This document shows positions 1 through 7,242 of a DNA stretch of 26,276 nucleotides, in pieces. The position numbers were made by a program, and so were the translations under genes. Origin of the DNA: a virus (Duplodnaviria > Caudoviricetes); IMG/VR virus record IMGVR_UViG_3300046466_000063, positions 1 to 26,276 of that record. One strand, written 5' to 3'. Every line of letters begins with the position of its first letter. Positions within the stretch are counted from its first letter, which is position 1. Below the pieces are notes generated by a model. That model worked only from the letters and a program-made list of their open reading frames with translations, was not told where the DNA came from and made no database searches.

Positions 1-227
1 TTAGTTTTAGCTGTCTTACTAGCTTTTTTTAATCCTCTGGCTATAGCACCTATTACTCCACCACCTTTAATAAAGTTTCCAATTCCTCTTGCAGCTTTTC
101 TTCCTTGATTTCTGCTTGATGATCTATTTGCATCTTTTGCAGTTCCATAAGAACCATCTGATTTTCTTCCAGCTGGTCCAACTCCGCCACCACTTCCAGT
201 TGATGCTCCTCCGCCAAATCCGCCCAT
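1..227 (-). CDS. Gly-rich hypothetical (probable virion) protein, 3'-truncated by window edge
   Basis: Not in ORF track. ATG at 227, 3 nt after the previous stop; reads MGGFGGGASTGSGGGVGPAGRKSDG... and is open to position 1. Confidence 0.75.
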   Translation of the reverse strand, partial: MGGFGGGASTGSGGGVGPAGRKSDGSYGTAKDANRSSSRNQGRKAARGIGNFIKGGGVIGAIARGLKKASKTAKT

Positions 228-230
228 GAC

Positions 231-467
231 TTATCCTAATAAAGTTTTTTTACTAATCTCATCTTCATCACTTTCGTTCAGACCAGAATTAGAAGTTAAT
301 ATAGTTGAAGCTCTACCTTTACGTTTTCTAGCAGCTTCTTTTAAATCTCTAGCAGCATCCATTTTTCTTTGCTCATCATCGTAATTTGGAACATCCTCTT
401 GTTTTGGAAGTTTTATTACTGGAATTGGTGGTGCTTTAGGCATAAACATTCTTGCTACAAATGACAT
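231..467 (-). CDS. Small phage protein typical of the terL-portal interval
   Basis: 78 aa with Pro-rich N-terminus and 'GRASTILTS...KTLLG' C-terminus; AAGGA SD upstream. Confidence 0.75.
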   Translation of the reverse strand: MSFVARMFMPKAPPIPVIKLPKQEDVPNYDDEQRKMDAARDLKEAARKRKGRASTILTSNSGLNESDEDEISKKTLLG

Positions 468-478
468 AATTTTTTCCT

Positions 479-1750
479 TTATATAATTTGGTAACTGCTA
501 TCAGCTACTCGTTGTAAGTTTTTGTTAGTTGTTTTATTTTCATCAAGACCAGTTGCTAGACATCGTAAAGCATCCATCATATGACTGCTCCAGTCGTGAA
601 CTGGTTTTGGTTTAAAAATTCTTTCCTTGTCGTTAAATTTTCTATGGTAATGTCTAAGAGCTATTAATAGATCTGAACAATTATCACTATCAATTCTACA
701 TCTTGGTAACAACATTTTAACAGCGTGAATGCCATCCTCTAATGCAATTCTAGGAGCTAATCTAAATCTAACTCCAAGAGCTGATGCTACTTCTCTTCTT
801 GTTTTACCATTACTAAACTCCGTTACATCCAAATCATGTGGACCATAATGAGTTTCGTAAATATAATCTTTATCTTGTAAATATTTTATATAGTGAGGTA
901 ACGCTTCGTTATCATCCTCGTATGTTTCAATGATATTAATCTGATGGTTTAGCAATTGAAAAAATATAATTGAGGTACTATCGTTATAGCCTATATCCCA
1001 AGCGGTACTTACTGGTAAACTTGGATCATAAGGAACAGAGCCTATTTGTCCTTTGTCATCTATTTCTTGAACAATCTCTCCAAAGATAGAGCCTTCTATA
1101 TTTCCAATGAAGCTGCACTCGTATTCTTGATCAAACTTAGCTTTACCCATTACGGACAAAGCTGCCTCTAATTCATCTTCTGCAACAATCTTTGTTTGAG
1201 AAGCTTTAGCTTTATATAAAAACCATTTATCATCCGCTTGAGCTTTATTATAGTAGTCATAAAATATGTTATTCATTCCTTTAGGTGTACCTATTAGGAA
1301 CATTTTTCCTCTCCGATCACTTAGAGCTGGAGTAATTACCTCGTCAATCAATCCTTGCGAAACTTGAGCTAGTTCGTCAATCGCAACCATATCTAAATAA
1401 ATTCCACGAATGCTGTCAAAATTTTCACTCGACAATAATGTTATTCTTGAGCCATTAACTAAATCACATCTTAACTCACTTTCGTTCCATTTCGTGCCTG
1501 GAATATTTTTAGTATAAAATTTTAAGTAATCCCAAGCGATGCTTTTTGCCTGTTTATAAGTTGGTGCAATGTAAGCTAGTCTTGGAGCATGATTTTTATT
1601 TGTTAAGGCTGCACGAATTAGATGGTTAAGAACCATGACGGTTTTACCAAATCTTCTATGACAGCAAAGTACAGCGTATCTATGCTTATCTAATTCTTGG
1701 TGTATATACGCCTGGTGCTTTCGTGGCGTGTACGGAATTTGGATTTTCAT
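479..1750 (-). CDS. terL: Terminase large subunit
   Basis: Walker A CHRRFGKT, Walker B MVAIDE, motif III IGTPKG, RNase H-like nuclease motifs AWDIG and HDWSSHMMDALR. Confidence 0.96.
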   Translation of the reverse strand: MKIQIPYTPRKHQAYIHQELDKHRYAVLCCHRRFGKTVMVLNHLIRAALTNKNHAPRLAYIAPTYKQAKSIAWDYLKFYTKNIPGTKWNESELRCDLVNGSRITLLSSENFDSIRGIYLDMVAIDELAQVSQGLIDEVITPALSDRRGKMFLIGTPKGMNNIFYDYYNKAQADDKWFLYKAKASQTKIVAEDELEAALSVMGKAKFDQEYECSFIGNIEGSIFGEIVQEIDDKGQIGSVPYDPSLPVSTAWDIGYNDSTSIIFFQLLNHQINIIETYEDDNEALPHYIKYLQDKDYIYETHYGPHDLDVTEFSNGKTRREVASALGVRFRLAPRIALEDGIHAVKMLLPRCRIDSDNCSDLLIALRHYHRKFNDKERIFKPKPVHDWSSHMMDALRCLATGLDENKTTNKNLQRVADSSYQII

Positions 1751-1938
1751 TAATGGACTGTTGGTGGTTTTTCTCCAAAGTTAGAGTTCATATGTATTTT
1801 ATGAAATACAAACTCACAAAACTCATAGACATCTTCTTCGGTTTCAAAGCCAGTAAAATTAATAATCAAATCATTGTCATATGCCTTAAAACTGATGGCG
1901 GTAACATTCTGATATTTGTCTTTAATATACTTGCTCAT
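1750..1938 (-). CDS. Hypothetical protein, translationally coupled to terL
   Basis: 62 aa; TAATG stop/start overlap with terL. Confidence 0.75.
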   Translation of the reverse strand: MSKYIKDKYQNVTAISFKAYDNDLIINFTGFETEEDVYEFCEFVFHKIHMNSNFGEKPPTVH

Positions 1939-2968
1939 TTTCTGCCTTTAATATGGATAAACCTATTTCTTTTGCGATTTCTGGAACGATTGCGTTTCCA
2001 AGTGATTTAATTCTGTTTGCTCGATCTTTGTCCAATTCTGAGGATATGCCATTAGGAACTCCACAAAGTTTGGATTGAGTTTGCCACCAGCTTGAGGTGT
2101 CATCTTGTGAACTGCATCTTTTAACTTCACTCCAAAACGAACTCCTTTTTTGTTCAGTCTGCTGAAACTTCCGTTCCTTAATTCTACATTCTTCACTACT
2201 CCACCTTCCAGATCGCAAGCTCTCGGAGTTGGATACATTGCTTGATAACGAACTCTTGATGCCAAGTTTGACATCTTCTTTTGAAAATTCTTTTGATCCA
2301 TTTTGTGTGTTGTTTGTGGAGGTGTTCTGTCCTCGTACATCGCTGGAGTTGGATAAAGAGTTGTTAGTTGTTCCTCCAGAGAACTGAACGGAACTGTCTT
2401 TCGACCTATACTCTTTCGAAATGCTATTCTCCGGTCCATTGCTGCTTTGCTTCTCTTTGGCATTTGCGTTGCTGTCGGAGTAACCAATAATCCAGATCCT
2501 TTTTCTTTGATGCCACGCACCGATGCCTGAAGCTGGAATAACAAGACATTGGACTTGGAAACTCTCGGCTTCCAAATCTTTTTGAATTTGTTGCAAGACC
2601 TTACCTTCTTGGATGTTAATAAGACCGTCAACATTTTCTCCAATAAACCATCTTGGTTTTGTCTCGGCAACAACTCTAATAGTTTCATCCCAGAGGTAGC
2701 GGTCATCATCTTTTCCTCGTTGCTTTCCAGCAACGGAGAACGGTTGACATGGAAATCCTCCAGTAACGATGTCTGCTTTAATTTCAGATCCTTTAATATG
2801 TCTGATGTCGTCATAAATTTTAATATCGTTCCAATGCTTACGCAAAACTTGTTGGCAAAACTGATCCTTCTCGCAGAAAGCTATAGTTTCGAAACCTTGT
2901 GTTTGTTCTAAACCGTAAGAGAAGCCTCCTATTCCAGCAAATAGATCTAGTAGTTTAAGCTTGTTCAT
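1922..2968 (-). CDS. DNA (cytosine-5)-methyltransferase, alpha (catalytic) polypeptide
   Basis: Motif I LDLFAGIGG, IV GGFPCQPFS, VI GENV, VIII HQRKRIW, X LGNAIVP. Motif IX and TRD are not recognisable in this frame. Confidence 0.93.
   Translation of the reverse strand: MNKLKLLDLFAGIGGFSYGLEQTQGFETIAFCEKDQFCQQVLRKHWNDIKIYDDIRHIKGSEIKADIVTGGFPCQPFSVAGKQRGKDDDRYLWDETIRVVAETKPRWFIGENVDGLINIQEGKVLQQIQKDLEAESFQVQCLVIPASGIGAWHQRKRIWIIGYSDSNANAKEKQSSNGPENSISKEYRSKDSSVQFSGGTTNNSLSNSSDVRGQNTSTNNTQNGSKEFSKEDVKLGIKSSLSSNVSNSESLRSGRWSSEECRIKERKFQQTEQKRSSFWSEVKRCSSQDDTSSWWQTQSKLCGVPNGISSELDKDRANRIKSLGNAIVPEIAKEIGLSILKAENEQVY
1963..2709 (-). CDS. Nested alternative-frame beta polypeptide of the C5-methyltransferase (TRD-like modules + motif IX)
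   Basis: Long open frame entirely inside alpha. GAGGA SD just before ATGATG (2709/2706), three PTP modules, and motif IX-like LNPNFVEFLMAYPQNWT. The ORF track extends it to 2814. Confidence 0.82.
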   Translation of the reverse strand: MMTATSGMKLLELLPRQNQDGLLEKMLTVLLTSKKVRSCNKFKKIWKPRVSKSNVLLFQLQASVRGIKEKGSGLLVTPTATQMPKRSKAAMDRRIAFRKSIGRKTVPFSSLEEQLTTLYPTPAMYEDRTPPQTTHKMDQKNFQKKMSNLASRVRYQAMYPTPRACDLEGGVVKNVELRNGSFSRLNKKGVRFGVKLKDAVHKMTPQAGGKLNPNFVEFLMAYPQNWTKIEQTELNHLETQSFQKSQKK

Positions 2969-3212
2969 GTCTGTTTGTTTTAATTATCGGTAATTTATGT
3001 AATAGACCTGGCGACTAGATTCTGGCATATGGCTCTTTAAAAAAAACGTTAAAAACTTGCTGGAAAACTAGAGCAATCGTTATCTAATCGGTCATACAAG
3101 CTAGAAAACAAAAGACTTAATTAAAAACAAGTAACATCGTAGGTAACATTCTATATTTCGAACCTCATATCGTGTGCGAAACTTTGTTTACTTCGTGTAA
3201 GCTACCCACCTC

Positions 3213-3626
3213 TCAAGCATCATCACTAACATTCTTAATCTCATTCTCGTAAGTCTTATCGTCAGATATATTCCAAGTGATCTCAACTTTCTGATCCACT
3301 TCAACTTGTTGCTTCTCTCCGTAGATACCAATCAACTTAGAAGCCATCCACCTATAATGATGTAGTTTCTCACGCAGCAATCCAACATCTTTGTTTGATG
3401 CTGTCTCTAACTCTTCAATCATTTTATCAAGATACGTTTGAGCTGCTACACGCCTAGCCTGGAGTATCTTCGCAGCAAACTCCTTATCACTTCTGATCCA
3501 GTCATAAACTTTGGATAAGCTTGGCGAACCTTTGGTTTGGCAAATGGAAGTTAATGGAGTTCCATTCATTAGCATCCGTTCTATGTCATCGCTTACTTGT
3601 GATGTAAGCTCTAATTTCTTCGTCAT
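3213..3626 (-). CDS. terS: Terminase small subunit (Sf6 gp1-like)
   Basis: N-terminal HTH (GTPLTSICQ...PSLSKVYDWI...EF), then 'KLHHYRWMASKL..YGEK'. Start reassigned to MTKKLEL at 3626. Confidence 0.85.
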   Translation of the reverse strand: MTKKLELTSQVSDDIERMLMNGTPLTSICQTKGSPSLSKVYDWIRSDKEFAAKILQARRVAAQTYLDKMIEELETASNKDVGLLREKLHHYRWMASKLIGIYGEKQQVEVDQKVEITWNISDDKTYENEIKNVSDDA

Positions 3627-3822
3627 TGCGGTTTTTAAATTGTGGTAAATTCTTATAAGCTTTAATTTTACCTTCCATCGTAGTCTGGCCATTCGACCAG
3701 CCTCCGTGCATTCTGCATCTAATATTTCCATTCTTCATTAGAATACCAGAGGCTTTGCAAGGTAGTTTGTTTTGTTTATTTATAGTTTGACATTGCAGTC
3801 TATATTTATGTCTAGCTGCCAT
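3586..3822 (-). CDS. HGGxSTG-domain protein
   Basis: C-x10-C...RCRMHGGWSNGQTT.EGK motif; overlaps the terS start by 41 nt. Confidence 0.82.
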   Translation of the reverse strand: MAARHKYRLQCQTINKQNKLPCKASGILMKNGNIRCRMHGGWSNGQTTMEGKIKAYKNLPQFKNRNDEEIRAYITSKR

Positions 3823-3881
3823 AATCGGTTTTGGAATTTATATATATTTATTTTTAAAATCTTAAATCCGTTCTGGTACGG

Positions 3882-3931
3882 TTTTAGTCCAGTACTAAAA
3901 GCTAATTATACAAAGAAATATAGATTTGCAA
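3882..3931 (-). promoter_or_regulatory. Candidate late promoter followed by a short inverted repeat
   Basis: Minus strand TTGCAA-N15-TATAAT (suboptimal spacer), then TTTTAGT-N5-ACTAAAA (3882-3900), upstream of the packaging operon. Confidence 0.3.
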
Positions 3932-3988
3932 GACTAGGATAATAACTTTTTTTAATATGTTTGTAATTTTTATAAAAAGATTTGAAGA

Positions 3989-4459
3989 TTAATCCAATAA
4001 ATATAAAATTCTGTTAAGATTGCAATACTTTTTATTATTATTTTTAATTTTATTACACAACTTACTTAGGACATTTGTATATCTATTTTTTATCTGATGC
4101 CTTGTAAAACCATAATGTCTAGCAATTTCAGTCCATTTGAATCTATTAGCTTTCATCCAAATTATTTGTCTATCAAGTATAGGATCTTCTGATATGTCTT
4201 TTTCAATAGATGTTAAAGCCTCAATAGCAAACTCCCACCTGGTAATCTGTCTTGGTGTTGCTCTAAGCTTTAGTAATTTCTTCTCATAATAAGCCCAGTC
4301 GCCTTGCATATAGGTAGTCTCCAGCAAATTATACATACTAGCAGCTCTAGGAGGCTTAGGACCACTTAAAAACCTTTCAGTCCTTGCTGCCTCATCAATT
4401 AAATTAATGACATTGCTAAGAGCATATACGGAGCTTTTCAGTTGTAGTTCAGCTGTCAT
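3989..4459 (-). CDS. DUF6362-like putative late transcription regulator (C-terminal HTH)
   Basis: 'EAARTERFL', 'PRQITRWEFA' and 'IIWMKANRFKWTEIARHYGFTRHQIKNRY'; sits in the Q-like position just before the packaging genes. Confidence 0.65.
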   Translation of the reverse strand: MTAELQLKSSVYALSNVINLIDEAARTERFLSGPKPPRAASMYNLLETTYMQGDWAYYEKKLLKLRATPRQITRWEFAIEALTSIEKDISEDPILDRQIIWMKANRFKWTEIARHYGFTRHQIKNRYTNVLSKLCNKIKNNNKKYCNLNRILYLLD

Positions 4460-4817
4460 ATTCTCCGTTTTGATAAGTATAAATGTTTTGCTTAACCTTG
4501 CTAAAACCTTTGTTTGAGAAATTCTTTTTAAATTTTATATTTTCTAAAAAATGCTTGTATCTTGGCATATCAAAGTAAGTAAAATTCTTATGTGTAATCA
4601 AAGGTTTATAATCAATATTCATCATAGATAGTCTTTGCAAAGCTTCCTTAATTTTAGGTAATGGAACTGTAAAATGATCAGCGCAATCAATCATTCTCAC
4701 ATAAGGAGTTAATCTTTTAAGATCATAGTTTTTACAAAGATAAGAATATAATTTGAAATCAAATGCAGATATTTCCAGGTCAAATATTGCTGGATCACTA
4801 ATATAGAATTGACGCAT
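4449..4817 (-). CDS. Winged-helix DNA-binding protein (replication-initiator N-terminal-like)
   Basis: 'ISAFDFKLYSYL...DCADHFTVPLPKIKEALQRLS' pattern; 122 aa. Confidence 0.55.
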   Translation of the reverse strand: MRQFYISDPAIFDLEISAFDFKLYSYLCKNYDLKRLTPYVRMIDCADHFTVPLPKIKEALQRLSMMNIDYKPLITHKNFTYFDMPRYKHFLENIKFKKNFSNKGFSKVKQNIYTYQNGEYDS

Positions 4818-5283
4818 AAGCTTTCCTCCTATTTGCTCTTGGATCTTCTTTTAATTTTTTGATAAATAATTCTTTGTTGGTACAATCTGGAAAATGCTCT
4901 ACTTGCTTAAATTCTAAATATTGCAGCCAATCATCTGGATCAATTAATTTAGGCTCGGAGTTGTAACCACCTGGATAATCTGGAGCTATTTTCTTAACAT
5001 GAAAGTTAATCATCATGTCGCCTACCATTTTATACCAAAGCACAAATGCTGGTATTCCAGCCATTTCAGCTAGTTTTTTGGTTACTTTATGAGGTTTTTT
5101 ATAGCCTTGACCATTATTAAATACAGTCTCAACAAGAAAAAGCGGTTTTAAACAAGCATTACAAGCGGAAACTTGATCTATGTCGCTAAAATGTAGTGAA
5201 TTATGCTGTTGTCTATGCCAATTTGAGTAACCGCTGAATTTAACGCCTTTAAAATAGACTTGTTTTACCATGTTTTTAGCCAT
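4798..5283 (-). CDS. Hypothetical protein, possible PD-(D/E)xK-like fold
   Basis: 'YSNWHR...SDID...CNAC.KPLFLVET'. The start is ATG 5283 or 5271 rather than the TTG at 5307. Confidence 0.65.
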   Translation of the reverse strand: MAKNMVKQVYFKGVKFSGYSNWHRQQHNSLHFSDIDQVSACNACLKPLFLVETVFNNGQGYKKPHKVTKKLAEMAGIPAFVLWYKMVGDMMINFHVKKIAPDYPGGYNSEPKLIDPDDWLQYLEFKQVEHFPDCTNKELFIKKLKEDPRANRRKAYASILY

Positions 5284-5469
5284 TAATTTACACAGATAGA
5301 TTGTCAAATATTATTTTCTCATATCAGAGAATTTTACTTGAATTAATTATATTAAAGTATAAATAAGTCCTATGAATTTATATATAAACCAACCGATTAA
5401 GTTATACGAAAATTATTCAGATATATTTTTAATTGCGAATAATTATTAATATTGAAGAAAGATAGTTAG
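5284..5469. promoter_or_regulatory. Divergent control region (probable lysis/lysogeny switch)
   Basis: Strand switch point. Perfect TTGACA on the minus strand at 5302-5307, and palindrome TTCTC-ATATCA-GAGAA at 5316-5331. Confidence 0.6.
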
Positions 5470-5952
5470 ATGAAGGTAAACGAAACTCAAAGATACAATA
5501 AAATAGAAAATTCAACATTAGACCTTTGGAAATCAATAAACATTAATCCACAAATAAAAATTGTTAGAAAAATAGCTGGAAGCTTTGCAAGAGATAATGT
5601 TTTTAAAATGAATTCAATTAACAAAAATAAATTATTAAAATATTTTGCTAAAGATAGTGCAAGATGGATGATTATGGTCCACGTTATTTATTTTAGCGCA
5701 AAAGGAGATAAATTTTATAAAAATAAAAAAATAGGAAATTTAGGAATAAGTTTAAGAAAACAAGAGCTGGTCATAAATGATTGTTTAAATGCTGGTTATT
5801 TTATTTACGCAGAACAAACTAACAAAAAATCAAATAATAAAAAAATAAAAAATATTAGACCATCAGAAGAATTAGTAGCAGCCTGGATAAAGTGGAATAT
5901 TTATAATTTAAAAAGAACAATAAAAAACATAAAAAGATTTAACTTTAAATGA
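5470..5952 (+). CDS. Hypothetical protein, possibly winged-helix
   Basis: 160 aa, very AT-rich. 'LGISLRKQELVINDCLNAGYF...KNIRPS' resembles a wHTH; ATGA overlap with the next gene. Confidence 0.7.
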   Translation: MKVNETQRYNKIENSTLDLWKSININPQIKIVRKIAGSFARDNVFKMNSINKNKLLKYFAKDSARWMIMVHVIYFSAKGDKFYKNKKIGNLGISLRKQELVINDCLNAGYFIYAEQTNKKSNNKKIKNIRPSEELVAAWIKWNIYNLKRTIKNIKRFNFK

Positions 5953-6902
5953 AAAAACAAGCATCAGTTTATTTTACTTATAAATGTGTCGGTATAAATC
6001 CGTTTGAAAATTATGAAGATTATTATAATGCGGATTTAGATACTTATGAAAAACAATTTACAGTTACTAGAATTGCACCAACGAAGAAAAAAATAATTCC
6101 AGAAGCTACTGTTGAAATTAAATATTTAGGTAAAGGTAGCAAAGAAATTAAAGGTGTTGAGAGTAAAGTTTATAAAGAAGCATCAAGATATTTAAAACAT
6201 ACAGAACGTAATGAATTAAATAAACAATGGAAAGCAGCTAATAAAAATAAGAATGATACAGCTTATATTTTAAATGATTTATTTTTAACTAAAAATCTAA
6301 ATGTTAAAGATTTAGTTACTGATAGAGGTATATCAACTTTATATAAAATTTTAAAAGGTGATCTTGAGCTTACAAAAAAGAAAGCTATTGAGTATGCAGA
6401 AAAATTAAATATAGATCCAGCATCATTAATGTTTGATACGCCTCAAATGACTTGTTGGTCAAATGTTAATTTAAAAAATGGTAAAGTATTTGTTCCAGAT
6501 TTTTTTGAAACCCATGAAGCACCAAGAGAATTATATTCAGAAGATTTAAAAGCTATTAAAGTTGTTGGTCCAGAAACTTCTCCTTTTAATAATTGGATAG
6601 CGTACTATGATCATAAAAATAAAATTGATACAGATGCTCATAATAAATTTTGTTATGTCAGAGAAAGAATATTAGGTGGTCAACATAAAAACGATTATTT
6701 AATAGACGAATACAGATATTATTTAGGTATCTATCAAATATATGGAACTAAAAAACGAATTATTAATATAGATCCAACAGCTGAAATAAAAATAATTAAA
6801 GATGATGTAAGGCCAGAAGCAGTTTCAATTATAAAAGCATTTAAACCAGAAAATATAACAGCGGAAGTTATACCAATGATAAAGGAAAAAAAACTTGCTT
6901 GA
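5949..6902 (+). CDS. CI-like repressor (internal XRE HTH + degenerate S24-like domain)
   Basis: HTH 'LNVKDLVTDRGISTLYKILKGDLELTKKKAIEYAEKLNIDPASLMF'; C-terminal 'LKAIKVVGPETSP...IAYYD'. Confidence 0.65.
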   Translation: MKKQASVYFTYKCVGINPFENYEDYYNADLDTYEKQFTVTRIAPTKKKIIPEATVEIKYLGKGSKEIKGVESKVYKEASRYLKHTERNELNKQWKAANKNKNDTAYILNDLFLTKNLNVKDLVTDRGISTLYKILKGDLELTKKKAIEYAEKLNIDPASLMFDTPQMTCWSNVNLKNGKVFVPDFFETHEAPRELYSEDLKAIKVVGPETSPFNNWIAYYDHKNKIDTDAHNKFCYVRERILGGQHKNDYLIDEYRYYLGIYQIYGTKKRIINIDPTAEIKIIKDDVRPEAVSIIKAFKPENITAEVIPMIKEKKLA

Positions 6903-7176
6903 TTTAAAAGATTACACTCCGCAACAATTAAAAAAGTTTTTAGCTCCTAACGATGTTCAAAAAGAATTTGGAATTGATAAAGATAAATTAAAATATTTAA
7001 GAGAATGCAGTAGAGATGAAGGCAAGTTAAGAGGTCCTCAATATCTACAAGACGGATTAATGATAATGTATCAAAGAAAATCAGTAATTATTTGGATAAA
7101 TAAGTCAATGTTCCAGCCTAGTGAAACTAGCGAAACTAGAGAAATAATACAAAAGAACAAAACTAACATAAAATAG
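6895..7176 (+). CDS. Excisionase/AlpA-like HTH protein
   Basis: 'FLAPNDVQKEFGI...LKYLR...GPQYLQDG..IMYQRKSVIIWI' matches the HTH_17/Xis pattern. Confidence 0.7.
   Translation: MLDLKDYTPQQLKKFLAPNDVQKEFGIDKDKLKYLRECSRDEGKLRGPQYLQDGLMIMYQRKSVIIWINKSMFQPSETSETREIIQKNKTNIK
7118..7144 (+). repeat. 9-bp tandem repeat CTAGnGAAA x3
   Basis: CTAGTGAAA CTAGCGAAA CTAGAGAAA read directly from the sequence. Confidence 0.7.
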
Positions 7177-7242
7177 CAAAACTCTCCTAATCAAGAGAAC
7201 CTCACATATCAAATATTAATACATCGGAATATCAATCATTCC

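Noticed and set aside
1723-2010. 95-aa plus-strand ORF
   Set aside because: Antisense shadow of terL, the 62-aa gene and the MTase; no motif.
2549-2911. 120-aa plus-strand ORF as a third coding layer in the MTase
   Set aside because: Antisense to conserved motifs, TTG start, no recognisable features; likely a by-product.
1922-2968. MTase as a frameshifted pseudogene
   Set aside because: Both frames are fully open, motif X returns in the outer frame, and the inner frame has its own SD and ATG.
3627-3731. N-terminal extension of terS
   Set aside because: Lies inside the HGGxSTG gene; the terS fold starts at MTKKLEL.
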